In this document: piece after piece, positions 38,900-51,600 of the stretch | How the letters are laid out: each line of letters opens with the position of its first letter | Position numbering within the stretch: the stretch's first letter is position 1 | Assembly: GCF_006345805.1 (NCBI RefSeq) | Contig: NW_021835988.1 | Coordinates: 62,001-126,000, forward strand | Reading direction: 5' to 3' | Source of the DNA: Octopus sinensis | Lineage: Eukaryota | Length of the DNA stretch: 64,000 nucleotides | Translations under genes and position numbers: made by a program | Notes under the pieces: model-generated | The model's database searches: none | The model's input: the letters and a program-made list of their open reading frames with translations, nothing else | Told to the model about the DNA's origin: nothing

Positions 38900-40390
38900 C
38901 ACACTTGTCATGGAAATTCTACGCTCCTTTTCTGAATTTTCCTTGGACACAAATGTGGCTCATTTCAGCGAAGTCTGGAGGGAACAAGGTCTTGACTTTC
39001 CGGAAGATCGAATGTCTCAACGAGCCTGGGACCGAATTAGATGCAAGAAAACTTTCAATCTGCTGCTCGAGTCGTCCAACCAGCAACGCCGCGTTTGCCT
39101 TCTGTCGGCAGCATCCCCGGCTAGCGGAGCTTGGCTTTGTGCATTCCCGAACGCCCCATCTGGCACTATCCTTGACGATAAAGCGGTAAGGATCGGAGTC
39201 TCTCTGCGCCTTGGACTAAGGCAATGTGTCCCGCACACGTGCCGCTGTGGCTGCACTGTTGACCCTTTCGATCTGCACCCTTTATCGTGCAGGAGCAGTG
39301 CCGGACGTTTCCCGAGGCACTCTGCTATGAACGACATCATACGAAGGGCCCTCGACTCGGCGGGATTTCCTTTGGTCCGCGAACCACCGGGTCTTGACCG
39401 CAGCGACGGGAAACGTCCTGACGGGATGACCTTTTTCCCCTTTGAAGGCGGAAAGGGCCTCGTATGGGATGCAACCTGCTGGAACACCTTTTTTGCTTCT
39501 CATTTAACTCCGTGTGTTTTGGAGCTAAGAAGGCTAAAGATCTAAAGCTATCAAAATATTCTGCCCTCTCGGAGGAATTTTCCGTGGTGCCGAAAGTTCC
39601 TTCGCAAGCTCGGAGCCAAAATCTCAATGCGCACCCATGATTCTCGGGAGGCGGACTGGCTAATGCAACGGTTCTCGATCGCCATTATCCGGGGAAACAA
39701 TCCGCCAGATATATCATAAACATAATACTAACTAAATTATTTGTTGAATAAAAATAATCAGATAATGTTAAAATTTAATTATTTATTCTTAAGGTTAAAA
39801 TAAACTTTGACAGGAGAGGTTTACACCCTCTCTCTTTTCGCCTCAGTGCCGGCAGAATCCCCAGGCACGCATATATTGTTCTCACATAATTGAAGATATC
39901 CGGTCACACGCCGATCAGTTTCAGTTGGCAAGCATTAATTGTGCCTGTCAACTGCATTCGGACGATTGGCTGAATGCGTTACCGATCTCGTCACCGGGCA
40001 TGTTCGTGGACGACGAATCGGTCCGCATCGGAATCTGTTTACGGCTTGGCATAGAGATTTGTCAGCCGCACCATTGCAGATGTGGACAACTCATTGACAG
40101 GAGAGGTTTACACCCTCTCTCTTGTCGCCTCAGTGCCGGCAGGATCCCCAGGCACGCCTCATTGAATGACGTAGTGAAGCGCGCGCTTAACACCCCTGGA
40201 TTCCCCTCGATGTAAGAACCGATAGGACTAGACCGTGGGGACGGAAAACGCCCTGTCGGGTCGACTTTATTCCCGTTCAGGGAGAGAATGGCGACTGCGT
40301 AGACTCATTTTTTTCATCATCGTTGGTTGACTCCGCTTCTCGTCCTGGATCTGTATCTGCCCTTGCCGAATTTAGGAAAACTGCAAAATA
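38900..40390 (+). mobile_element. Two tandem CRE-like 3' fragments
   Basis: SQRAWD..SGAWL..CRCG..RHSAMND..DGKRPDG; second copy DWLNALP..RHASLND. Confidence 0.88.
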
Positions 40391-40519
40391 TGGCTTCCAG
40401 TGAGAACAAATCTTCCAGTGGAAACAATTGGATTTGCAAGATGAATCTATTGGTATTTTTTATCATATTATTTTTTATAGAAATTAAATATAATTATTCT
40501 TACAAGATTTTGTTTGAAA

Positions 40520-41447
40520 GCTAGGATTTGCCTACCTTTTGGCAAAAAAAGAAATTTAAAGACAAATTTCCAAAGATTTGGGAACAAATAATTAAAATTT
40601 CATTATGTTTTCTTTTCCAACAACATATTTTGTGGAATCACGATTCAGCGTAATAAACAGAATATTGAGCGGTGAACGTAACGAGCTTGATATTTGCTCG
40701 CGAGGAGATGTCAAAATATTTTTAACACGCTTGGACCCTGATATTCAGGAACGAATTAAAATGCATGAAAACCAGGGCTCTCATTAAATAGTTAAAAAAA
40801 GATTTTAAGCCAATAAAATTAATTAAATAAGTCTTTGTTTCTTTGGTACACAAAATAACTTGGTTGACGTTTTTATGGTACACCGACGTTTCATTTGGTA
40901 CACCAAAAAAAAGGTTGAGATTCACTGATTTACAACATGATATAGAACTAGCGGCATTGTTCAAAAATGCGTCCATTATTAATTTTTACGAATTAATTCC
41001 TCAAGACAAATTCAAAAACATCACACAATGTATATATGAATATATCAATGTTTGGATCTACATATTTATGCAAATCAATATTTAGTAAAATGATTCAAAT
41101 AAAAAAAATAAATATCGTAAAAAACTCACGAATAATCACTTGGTCAGCTTTTACAAACTTCTTCGACTTTACTTATTCCGGATTTCTAAAACTTAATAAA
41201 CAAATAATACTTTCTTTTTAGTTACAACGCCTTTTGTAAATTTTTTTAGCGTGTATTTCTTTATAAAGGAAATAGAAATTAAAAAAAGAAAAAAAAGAAT
41301 CCAAAAACTCATTACGCATCAGCAGTGACTGCACTTTGGATTGCAAGCGAGTTACCGGCTTGGAAAATATAAAAATTTTTTTGCGGCCCGCGATACTAAT
41401 CTTAATTATCGATTTGGCCCTTGAACTAAAAATGTTGATAACCCCTG
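40520..41447 (+). mobile_element. Two hAT 3' ends (dimerisation domain plus TIR)
   Basis: FPTTYFVESRFS..QGSH then ..GGTTGAGATTCACTG; MFGSTYLCKSIFSKM then ..GTTGATAACCCCTG. Confidence 0.75.
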
Positions 41448-41749
41448 CGTTAGATATTGAAGAATTTTTTGCATATGAATATGCAGAAAATGACACAATA
41501 GAAGAGATGGAAAATTGCGGAAACATTGAAGATGAAAATAATTAAAATATAAATGATGAAGAAGAAATTAACAAAAATGACACTGTGGCCAGATTAACTA
41601 CAATTGGTCTCCAAAGCCATATCCGCCATCAGAGAGGGCACTGTAGGCCAAGTTCCTCTTACTTGATCAGACACAATGGCAAGAATACGGAAAAAAGAAA
41701 TCCAAGCCCACAAGTGGACCTCAATCAGAGCACGTGCCTTCGAAAGTAG

Positions 41750-42366
41750 TTCATGTGACCACTCAGAGACCCCCGCCTACCAAACAAATGTCAAAAAATA
41801 CTCAAATCAGACAAAAAAGAGGAGATGACGACACTAAGGTGACTGCGTGGATATATTTAAGCTCGATGGACTCGTATTTACCCCATCAAATAGGAGAGAG
41901 GAGGGAGAATATGTTATTCCTGAGGCTTATAGACTCAGAAAACGGGAAATGTTGGGTTTAATGATTTGATGTTGTGTAGAGATGAGTTATCCTTTGATGT
42001 TTCCGACTTGTCTGACATTGAGTTGGAGATCACCACGTCGATTCAACCAAAGAATGTTTCCCCCAACATTAAAGTATTTTTATTAATCTAAATTTAGTTT
42101 GAAAATACTGAAAAACCTTCTCGTGTGGAATTTGTAAATGGGGTAGTTTGTATTATGTGAATTAGAAGGATGTAAAGTGCACAATCTCGCTTGTGTATGA
42201 CAGCAATGCTAGGGTGGCAACCCAGCAGTGTTCGGCCGGCTTTTTTATGGGTATGACGTGTTGACTGTATTTGTCAGAGGAAGGGTTGTTTCCATTCGAG
42301 TGGTCGCCTGATTATTGCACTCAGGTCACATTTGGCAGGAAATGTGGCATTCCTGAACAGTCCTAA
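41750..42366 (+). CDS. 3' part of an unidentified micro-intron gene
   Basis: Four consecutive 23-27 nt GT-AG introns give a continuous frame DELSFDV..KDVKCTISLVY..CGIPEQS*. Confidence 0.5.
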
Positions 42367-42509
42367 TTTATAACATTAATTATTGTCACTGCTTAGGAGG
42401 AGTCATATTAGGATGAACGGAGTAAGTAAGCGACGCCTACACCGTTTGATATCCTCGGCCTGGCGAGAGCGAAGGCAGGACATAGTTTACTTTCCATACG
42501 GGGCACATT

Positions 42510-43890
42510 CTCTTGTTGAATGAGAAGGCCGTCATTCCATGCGGACGTTTGCCGTCTCCTCAATCAAGACCAGTAGGCTCCAACCGAAGGGAGGCCATTA
42601 AAGCCCCGTTTGACGACGTTGTTTATATTGAAATGTTTCGTTTAACTGACAGGGAAGAGTGTCTCCAAAACCGAACATGCCCGAGCAATACCACCGAATC
42701 ATAGAGGCAACAAGCTCACGTTTTTTATTTGTGATAGGAGTGTTCCATCGGAGAGTGGCGAACCAAGGACAACCAGATCTGAGACCGACAGCCAGAAAGG
42801 AGGCCTGATCAAATAGGGGATGGTCGGGGAAAGCAGAGTGAACTCCCATTTTGAGGGATAGACCAAATAATATCGACGACATTGTGATTTAAACGAACCA
42901 CCAAAGGGGATATCATCAAGATACCACAAATTGAGCGGGCAATATGGTCCACTGCGAGGGCAAATAGGAGAGTGGATCCCCTTGGTGAACCTTTTTTCCC
43001 AAATAAAAGATTCGATGAGCACGTGTAAGAGAGATAAATAATCGGATTTATAATGATCACTATTTTTTACAACTTTTATCATCAAGTCGTGTATTCTTTT
43101 TTAAAGGTTATTCCGGTTGTCTTGACATGGAGTGGAGTTGTATCAAAGTTCTTTAAAATTCATAATAAGTTATCCATTGAAGATGGAACTTGTACATACA
43201 TCCAATCGGTTGTGCTGAAGAGGACGCTGTAGAGTAGCTCATTGAACACAGACACGGAATGAGGGTAGCTAATGAAGAGTACGCATCGGCTGCCAATCAA
43301 CTTGCTAAGCTAGCATGTTGCGAGGACACTCAGCTGAACAACTACGCAAAAATGGAAAATTAAGGGAAGTTTGGGCCAAACTCTTCTTCCAAGCAAAGAA
43401 GAGAAATCACTGACGATCTGGATTCTTAACTAAATAATTCAATATATTCCGAGGCATGATGACAATAATATATTTAATCAGGATTGTAAAAATATTTTAC
43501 GGATATCTTCAATTACATGCGAACAATATATGTTGTCCCAGTTCCTTTGAGTCGACGGAATGTCCGGGACTTTAAGCCCCCGAGAAACCAACACGCTGAC
43601 ACCAGCCGCATATTCCAACAACTCGCACTGTTCAGAAGAGGGAAAAAGAACAGAGTTGACGAAATTAGTGGAGGCGGACAACGATGATAGGTAACACGGA
43701 AGGGATAAATCACGGCAAGAGCGAATACCGATGCCCCCATAACGGATGGGCAAATTAGCACGCAGAATATCATCAGATTTGAATTTTATCACCAGTAAAT
43801 ATCATTAAAACTGCACAAGGGCTTTGGAAACCAGATTATCGAGGCGAAATAAGTATTCTTGTTCGGGAAAGCAGGGCGTAGAGCGCATTA
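42510..43890. mobile_element. Nest of CRE-like (minus; 42510-42990, 43480-43890) and R4-like (plus; 43100-43430) fragments
   Basis: NLWYLDD, GDGKRPHG, LPIRYGGIGIRS; LTWSGVVSKF..YIQSVVLKRTL. Confidence 0.75.
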
Positions 43891-43899
43891 AATTACATT

Positions 43900-45730
43900 T
43901 TTACAGGAATGCCACACTTATTAAAGCAGGGGAAGATTGTGTTTTATTTCACATCCATCCAAGCTGTGCTAATCATGAATAGCATCTAAAAAAGAATTTT
44001 TGGCAAGTGGTGTCGCAAAAGAGGAACAAGGAAATATTAAAGCAAATAATTAGGTTAGTCAATTAGTAACATCCGAAATGTAGGTCAAAAGCAATCCTTC
44101 CAGCATAGAAGATTGCTTGATCCGGGATATCGGCAGAGGTTGCAATCTATTGTGAGTAAAATAACACACCATAGGCTTCCTCACTGATTAGTGTTGCGTC
44201 TGGATCTATTTCTACACTTTTATCAGTTAATTTGATATCTAGCTCATCTGTCACTGTCGTAATCCTTATATTTGAATATATAAGTATACATTATGGGTTG
44301 GGACCCATTTGTGAATATGCACATTTTCTGGCCTTCAATAATACTACAAAGTCAGTAAGTTAAAATACTATATGTAGAGGGGACTACTGATTTTTGGCCT
44401 CTGGAAAATGGTATCTTGTGGCATGTAACTTTAATGTTAGAATAAGATTTGTACAGATATGATAATGCGACTAAACGTGCAAAGGCATCTACGTTCACGT
44501 AACGAAGGTCACTACAGTCATACAGATCTCTAATGATTCAAAATATTTGAATGTACATATAGTCTAGGTGATTCAGCCCGTCAAATGAGTTGTTTAGTAT
44601 TCTCTTTAACGAGTCTCCAAAACAGTAACTAGTGTTAATAAAATGTTAATTACAAATTCTCCAAGTTTGTTAAATTCGCGAATATTTCTCCATTTGGAAA
44701 TACAACGTTGCTATAAATGAAAATTCTTGTGTTATGTCCTGCAGCATTTTCTCCATTGAATTCACAGTATTCCAAATCTCTAATTCAAATAAGCAATTTT
44801 TAAAAAACCGTCGTGTTAAGTTACAGTCACTTTGGACCACTAAGTCAACAAAAAGTAGGACAAGTGAAAGCATTTTAATTAAAGCTAATATTTTATTGCG
44901 AATAACTCATTGGTTAGACAACAAATAAATTAAAAACTTTATTAACTAAATCCAAAACCGAAAATAATAAGAAATTAAGTAATTATTGATCCTAGTTTTT
45001 GGAAATTTTTCTCATCTTGAGGGGACTCCATAACTCATTATTTCCACATTTACTTTCATGCTCAGAGTCATTTATAATTTGTCAATTTGTTTCATCTGGG
45101 GTTTTCGCATTATTAGTTTGTCATTGCAAACAACTGCCGTGATGACTTCTTTATTAGGCATATTAATTCCCATTCCTATGCTCCAGAACGATGCTTTCTA
45201 TTTTTCATTACAAGTGCCAGAATGTATGTTCTCGTCGGGCCTTGAACAAATAATCTTTCGATATAGGAGATAGAACACTTTGTAATACTTTTAAACCTAC
45301 TCCGTCCCTATTCACAAAAAGATAGAACACTATTTTTTTCATGATTGTCGTTTAAATCATATATTTTTACTGGAATGCCACATTTATTAAAGCAGAGGGA
45401 GATTGTGTATTATTTACGTCCATCCAAGCAGTGCTAATCCACGGATAGCATATAAGAAAAAATTTTAAGCAAGCGGTGTCGCAGTGGTTTCTGTTTCGGA
45501 AGCAGTCAAGATGATTAACAAAGGAATTGTAGAGAATTGAGCAAGAGGAGAAATGCCTGGTTTCAATTACTTACAAAACACTGATTGGATGCCACCTACG
45601 TCGCACCGACTGCTGAAATCGATTGACGAGATGTCTGATAAATGGAATGATTGAGAAGGAGAGGGAAGAAGTTTGCAGTATTGTGTTGGACTGCCCCACC
45701 AATCTCACTCACCCGAGATTAGGGTGTAAT
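43900..45730 (+). repeat. Segmental duplicate of 12550-14410 (LRR gene with flanking TE remnants)
   Basis: Flanks and introns near-identical to the 12.5-14.4 kb block. Confidence 0.93.
44085..44873 (-). CDS. Secreted leucine-rich-repeat protein, copy B (intact, 7 micro-introns, ~200 aa)
   Basis: Continuous spliced frame MLSLVLLF..FANLTNLENFYCFGDSLKRILNNSFDGLNHLDYIDLYDCSDLRYVNVDAFARL..CWKDCF*. Confidence 0.85.
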
Positions 45731-46039
45731 ACTACAAGACAGTCGACGACCATCTCTGCTACAAGACGGAAATAGTCGACCCACCAAGAAAGTCTCCCAT
45801 TTTACATATGTAGAGAAGGTGATACAAATCTTAGAGGCCTATTCGTAAGCACATTAATTGTCTCTGTTCTCTCTGCAGCCCGACAACCTCAACCGACTAG
45901 GGCCTTTCTTCAACTTGGCAGTTTTTCACTGCGAAGTGAAGGAGATTGCGGAACAGTCCGTGGTGACACCGGAGGAGTACTCCACAACAAACACTCCATT
46001 TTCATTGCCAAACTCATCCTGGACAACCTCTGAAGCATT

Positions 46040-46595
46040 TTGAGTTTCGACTGGATACTTCCATAAAATCCGTAAATAAATCATTTATAAATTGAACAAA
46101 AATTGGCTAACTCAATATTATTCATAAGATTTCTGTAAATAAGAAAATTTGTGAGGTTATTCAATAATAATTCGGTGGAAAGCACATTGCACGAATACAT
46201 CTTCCAGCCTATAACTTTCTTCAATAATTACTCATGCGTGTTTCCAACATTGTTATGTTTCCATCTTCAATAATTACTCATTTGTGTTCCCGATCAAACT
46301 TAAACTGCATTTTTCACTAATCATCAGTCGTTCATTGACAGAAAATATATCAATATTGTCAATGGAGCTCAGAAAAGGAGCTCATATTTGTCGTAAACTA
46401 GAATTTTCAGTTTCGTGCTGGACGTCGTATGCAATAAAGCGTGATCTAGTCAGGCTATTTCCGTTTGGCGAGGGTTTCCTTACCGCGCAGTCTATCATCA
46501 CTGAGTCATAGTCTGGCTATTTCAGAGTCCACAACTGAAAGTGTCAGTTGGAGGACTACAAGAAGGCACTGAGTCGCCTTCCTTTCTTTTTAGTG
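46040..46595 (-). mobile_element. Probable 5' UTR and degenerate N-terminus of an R4-like element
   Basis: CAAACGG..AGCCTGACTA resembles a motif in the 5' UTR at ~55636; ITMLETRMSNY and IYRNLM echo IKIMEKRISIY and FYRNLN. Confidence 0.35.
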
Positions 46596-47288
46596 TGCAA
46601 TAAAGTCAATTATCTGTCGCTATCTCTGCCAAATTGGCATTGCTGACTAAATTAAGCTCTAAACTCTTTGCTTAATGTAGTGAAATACGTTTACACCAGT
46701 AAAAAATGGCTTGCGAAAAGCCACAAATAAAGGTCACTAACCTACCTTACATAGTGAGATAGTGATCACCTAACCAAAGAAAACTGCGATCTGTTGCGCT
46801 TAACCAAGGGAATTAATTGACCCTACTTCTGTTGTACTCCATTGGGGGAACATATTGTCCACACACTCCCTCAAACACATCCATTCGTCATATTACTCAA
46901 CATGACAACCCCAGGGGACCAAGTCTACTGAGTGTCGGCAAAGTCAAAGAGAGGACCTGTAAAATAAACCATGGTCATTTAGTTTGTAACACAGCGTTTA
47001 ATGTTCTCGGATGAATTTGTTGTATATGCCTGTCGACAATTGGGAATTATCAGGTATTGACGTGGTAGTAAGAGGGTCACCAAGAGTTCCTTGAATAAAA
47101 AAAGCAACTATACACAGCTTCGCAAAACATTTGACAGCATTCAAAAATACGCATTTTCTAAGCGTTAATGTGGAGGGACGTGTGAACAGGACTGTCATGA
47201 ACAAACTAAGTGACTGACAGGCACCCTTGATGGATCTAAAAGAAGTAGGTTGTTGAATGAGATTAGTAAAGAGAGAGTAAGTGGAGTA

Positions 47289-47800
47289 TTAGAAGAGGGG
47301 AGTGAAGGACGTGTTTTTGTACTTAAATCGGTTCCTCATATCCCTGAGTGGAGCATGGGCGTAGTACTCGTCGATGGAAGGGTCAATCCAGTGGTCGCCC
47401 GCGTTGTGGTAGACTGGCTAATATTGTTCCACCCCTCGACGTCCTTCATGATATCGGCCTCCATGTTCTTCTTTAGTTGCCTGACATAGCTGGGATATTA
47501 ATAAACGTGGCACTTATCTTTGAGTAGTGGCTCGATGGCCACCACACTGTCGTAGTTCAACAACTTGCGTTCTCTACGTGTGAAGAGGACTCGTACCTTT
47601 GCCCCACTCGGTAGTGCATGTAGACGTACCAACTCACTGTCGTGAATGTAGGCCGACAATATCAGTCATATATTGTACTACTCGCCCTGCTCGTCCCATT
47701 TATGTCCTGCACACATCACCACCTATATTAACAACTATACAGATGGGCCAACGAAGGGAATAAGGAGAGGAGAAATGTGGGTAATGTAAACTACCGACAT
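47289..47800 (-). pseudogene. NDUFA13: NDUFA13 (GRIM-19)-like, with small deletions and a frameshift
   Basis: VAIEPLL..YVRQLKKNMEADIMKDVEGW..PVYH..HWIDPSIDEYYAHA. Confidence 0.6.
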
Positions 47801-47863
47801 GCCTACTCGAATAATCCCTACGTTGGTGGCCACAGAATAACAAGCAAACAAAAGAAAGAACAA

Positions 47864-50623
47864 TCATACACAGTCATACGCCTTATTTGCCTTTTTTAAC
47901 TGCTTCTTAACCCAATTGACAGTCTTCTTGCCGTTGGGGGTGCATGTGAGCCGGTCGTTGGTCAACAGTTGGTTGACGGAGTCGAGAGCGAAGAGGGAGC
48001 GAGTTTGTGTGGAAAACATGCCCAACATGTCCCTAGGAGTGAGAAGGTGTGGACACCCCAATAGTCCGCACAAATTTTCGAGGGTGGAAATGTCGTAAAT
48101 GGAAGAGTTGGCAGCGACGGAAGTGAGAAAGTCGAACAAGAAGGGGAGGTGTGGATTGAGGAGGGAAGAGTGTGATGCTGGTGGTTAAAGAACAAGGCAC
48201 CCGCGAGTCCCTGGACAATGCCGGTGTATGCCTGAATGCATGCTTCGTGTGTCTGTGAGAGGAGAGCGAGGCCTTGTTGTGTGGACTGGAATGAGGGAAG
48301 GGAGGACTTGGTCGAAGGAGGCGGAGGCAGCGGATTGGAGTGTGTCGAGGACGAGGGTGGCGAATGGGGCAAAGTGGTGGCCGAGTGACAAGGCCAAGTC
48401 CCCGAAGCCGGCCAAAATGACAGCCTTGAGTTTGTCGGAGGTGTGTGGACTCTGTGGAATAGTGAGGAGAGTTACGAGGAGGATATTCCAGAGAGAGGAC
48501 ATGAGAGGGGTGTGCGTAGGGGAGGATGTGTTGAGGGGAGTTGATGTCGGCGAGGAGTGCCAGACAGGCGAACAAGACCTGTGATGGGGAGAGTGGAGAA
48601 CCTGTTGGTCGTTGTGGGGTGTGAGGAGATTGAGCAAGAGGGGGAGGATGGTGTGAGTGTTAGTATCGTCGAGAAAGGGAGAGAGGGCGTAAAGGGCGTC
48701 CTCGTGGACATGGTGGTGGGCGGGGGAGGAGAGGAAGGTGGAGAGGATGTGGAAGGCAGTGTCTGCGTGTGTGAGTTGTGAGAGGGGGAGGAGGAGGACA
48801 ATGGACTGTGGTGATGGGGAGGAGTACTCTGATGAGTGCACAGAGGAGTGACTGTACGTGGAATTGATTGTCGAATTGGAGTGTATGTTGTAGGTATTGG
48901 ACGATGAGAGGGAAGTAATGTGAGAGGACAGGAGACATGTCGGGGAGTATGTTGTGTGTGATCAGACAGATCAGAGTCTCGTAGTACACCGAGTCGTAGT
49001 GTGTAGTGCAGAGGCGAAAGAGTGCGTCGAACAGATGGTGAAAGTGTGGGGAGAGTGAGTGAGGGGCAGTGGAAGCAAGAGTGGAGAGTGCCTACAAGTG
49101 AATAAGAATGGTAACGTAGCAGGCATTGGTGGCCACTCGTGGTTCGTGTGTGAGACACGTGCGGAGTGTGTGGGCAATGTCGTGGAAGGGGAGGTGGGGG
49201 ACGTGCTCGCACAACTGGCCGAGTACCCAGACGACGGTGTCGCGGACTGCCACACTGGGGTCGGTAGTGGCGAGTGTGAGGAGAAGGGGGAGGACGCGGA
49301 GGGCGTGTGGGGCAATGTTGTGGCGGACGACACAGCCTGGAGTGACACACAAACACGACCGAATGCCATCACGGCGGCCTCCCGCATATTCCAATGGGCA
49401 TGTCCGATGAACTGTTCTGCAAAGTGGAGGACGTGGGGGAGGATGTGGTCGTGGCAGCATTCGCTGAGGAGTGTGAGACAGACGGAGGCTGCTTTGGGGG
49501 GGATCCAGCAGCCGTCGGTGTCGTCATCCTCGTGTTGTTTGGGGAGGTGTGTGAGTATTGGGTATATAATGTGGGGCATGGCTGCCTGTGCGTACAACTT
49601 GGACGAGTGGGGGGAGGACAACTCCACCTCACAAATGCTCGACCAGAACTCGATTCCCTGGAGGACGTGTGACTCACTTTGGATGGCATTGAGCGTGATC
49701 TGTACATGTCATGTCCTCACTACCGGGAAGATCAAGTCGGCCATGTAGTCCTCCAAGTACTCGTAAAAGTGTGCGGCCATGACATCCAGGCACTTGAGGG
49801 ACATGTCGGCCACGTCCACGTCCGACGAGTGGCACGACTGGCAGACCACCTTCATTATCACGTCCCGTTCATTCTATCGTAGACCAGAGGAGGGGGACCT
49901 TGGCCTGCAGGAGGGGGACTGTCGAGTGGAGAGCCCTCAGTGCGGCCAATTGGATATATCCACTAAATAGGACAAACACCACTCACACACTCGCCTCCAT
50001 TCCACGCACAATCGCACTCACCAACAAGTCCGTGTGTTGGGCCATGTACGAACAGTCCTGCACTATTACCACACACCACACCAGGTCATTCGCTATGAAC
50101 CCCAGAGCCTCCAAACTGGCCTCCGTCACACGCCCCTCCATCACGTTGTTGCACAATAACACCACTCCCTCCTCCCACTCTCCAAACGCCATCTCCACAC
50201 ACGCCACCGCAGAATACACCATCGCCACACTGCTCGGTCTCCACCTCTCCTTTCCCAGTCCACACACAATCTGCCTCATTACTCACTCCTCACATTCCAT
50301 TTTATCCTCTCACGCGCCCACTCTTCCTGCTCTCTCCACCGTTGCGCCAGCCACACACGCTTCTCACTGTTCACACTCCCAAATATTATATTCTTCAATT
50401 GGATGCACGCCTGTCTACATACTACCTCCTTGCTCTCCCCCTTTATTACTTCCGACAGCTCCAACATCACTTCCGTCTACACTTTACTCACACCACCCAC
50501 TAAATTCCTTTCACACGCCTCCTCCAGCACTTCCAGGCACTTCTTCACTTCACACGGGTCTACAACTTTACACAACACTCTACTTCCCAACACTGATTGC
50601 TCCAACAACATTGACAGATCCAT
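47864..50623 (-). CDS. KPNB1: Importin subunit beta-1 with many ~23-25 nt introns
   Basis: MDLSMLLEQSV.., ACIQLKN, QRW, RPSS, SLEALGFI, QGIEFWSSICEVE, WIPPKAASVCLTLL, WNMREAAVMAFG, VRDTVVWVLG, VHEDAL, GFGDLAL, WVKKQLKK*; not every junction was checked. Confidence 0.9.
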
Positions 50624-50682
50624 CACCACACTACACTCTATTTATTCCCTCTTTTAATTCATCTAATTTAGCTAATTAATAA

Positions 50683-51600
50683 TTACTCTCCAATTTTTGT
50701 TTTCCGAGTTCCCCATGACTCCACTCTGATCGTCCTCGCCATTATCCTCAATCTCCTCCTGCAGTCTCTGGGTCTCTTAAGGGACTTGCTGATCTTCATT
50801 ATATTTCCGCCAGTCCCTATTTACGGAATTTGCAGAGTCCAGGATTTCAGTGAAGCCATGTTTGTACTCGACAAACATGCTCTTCAGAGTGGCCTTCAGC
50901 GTTACAGTCTGGATGTAGGAACAAACACTTTCTTCAATCCCAAGAAGCTCCATGTACTTGCGGTAGAACGTTGAGACGATTCTATCCCACGTAATAACAA
51001 TTGCACAATCTTTACCTAGCCTTGTGAATCAGTTGTAATTCACTAGCTAAAATGTCGTATTTGTGCAATTTTTCTACTTCCACACTCTTTAGGTCATCTA
51101 TTGAAGTCACACCCACTTCAATAAGCCATATTAGGTTCTCTTTTTGAATATTTCATATGAATATTTAGATCCATTAACAGCTTCCTGACAAATTTGTCAA
51201 TTTCATCAAAAGCGGACGGTTCCAAATCCAGAAGGCCGATATAATAATTGTACAAGGAAAGTCAAAATAAACAACCGAGGAGACAGGGAATCTACTTGAA
51301 GTATTCCACGTTCTATGTTAACAGTTCCCAGATGCTGCTTTCCTAATTTGAGGGAGACCTTCCAATTTGGAATTATTGACATTATAAACTTTGTTATCCA
51401 TTCAGGAAGCCCAGAGTTTTTCAGAATCACTGCAAGGAATTCGTGATTGATTGAGTCAAAGGCTTTTTTTACGTCTACCCATGGAGAAAATAATTTGTAC
51501 TCATGTGACCTGTTCACACAACAGTTAATAAGTGCTTGCTCCTTTGCACCTTGACAATGCCTCTTAGTGCCAAGTTGACAATTAAAGATTAGACTGTATT
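50683..51600 (-). mobile_element. R4/Dong-like element, internally deleted
   Basis: LGTKRHCQGAKEQALIN, WVDVKKAFDS, GILQVDSLSP, LIEVGVTS, TWDRIVS, FVEYKHG. Confidence 0.85.

Noticed and set aside
46440-46595. U1 snRNA or hammerhead ribozyme
   Set aside because: Lacks ACTTACCTG, an Sm site and the CTGATGA..GAAA core
48033-50679. Many overlapping His/Thr/Pro- or Gly/Val-rich ORFs as separate genes
   Set aside because: Shadow frames of importin-beta caused by skewed, stop-poor composition
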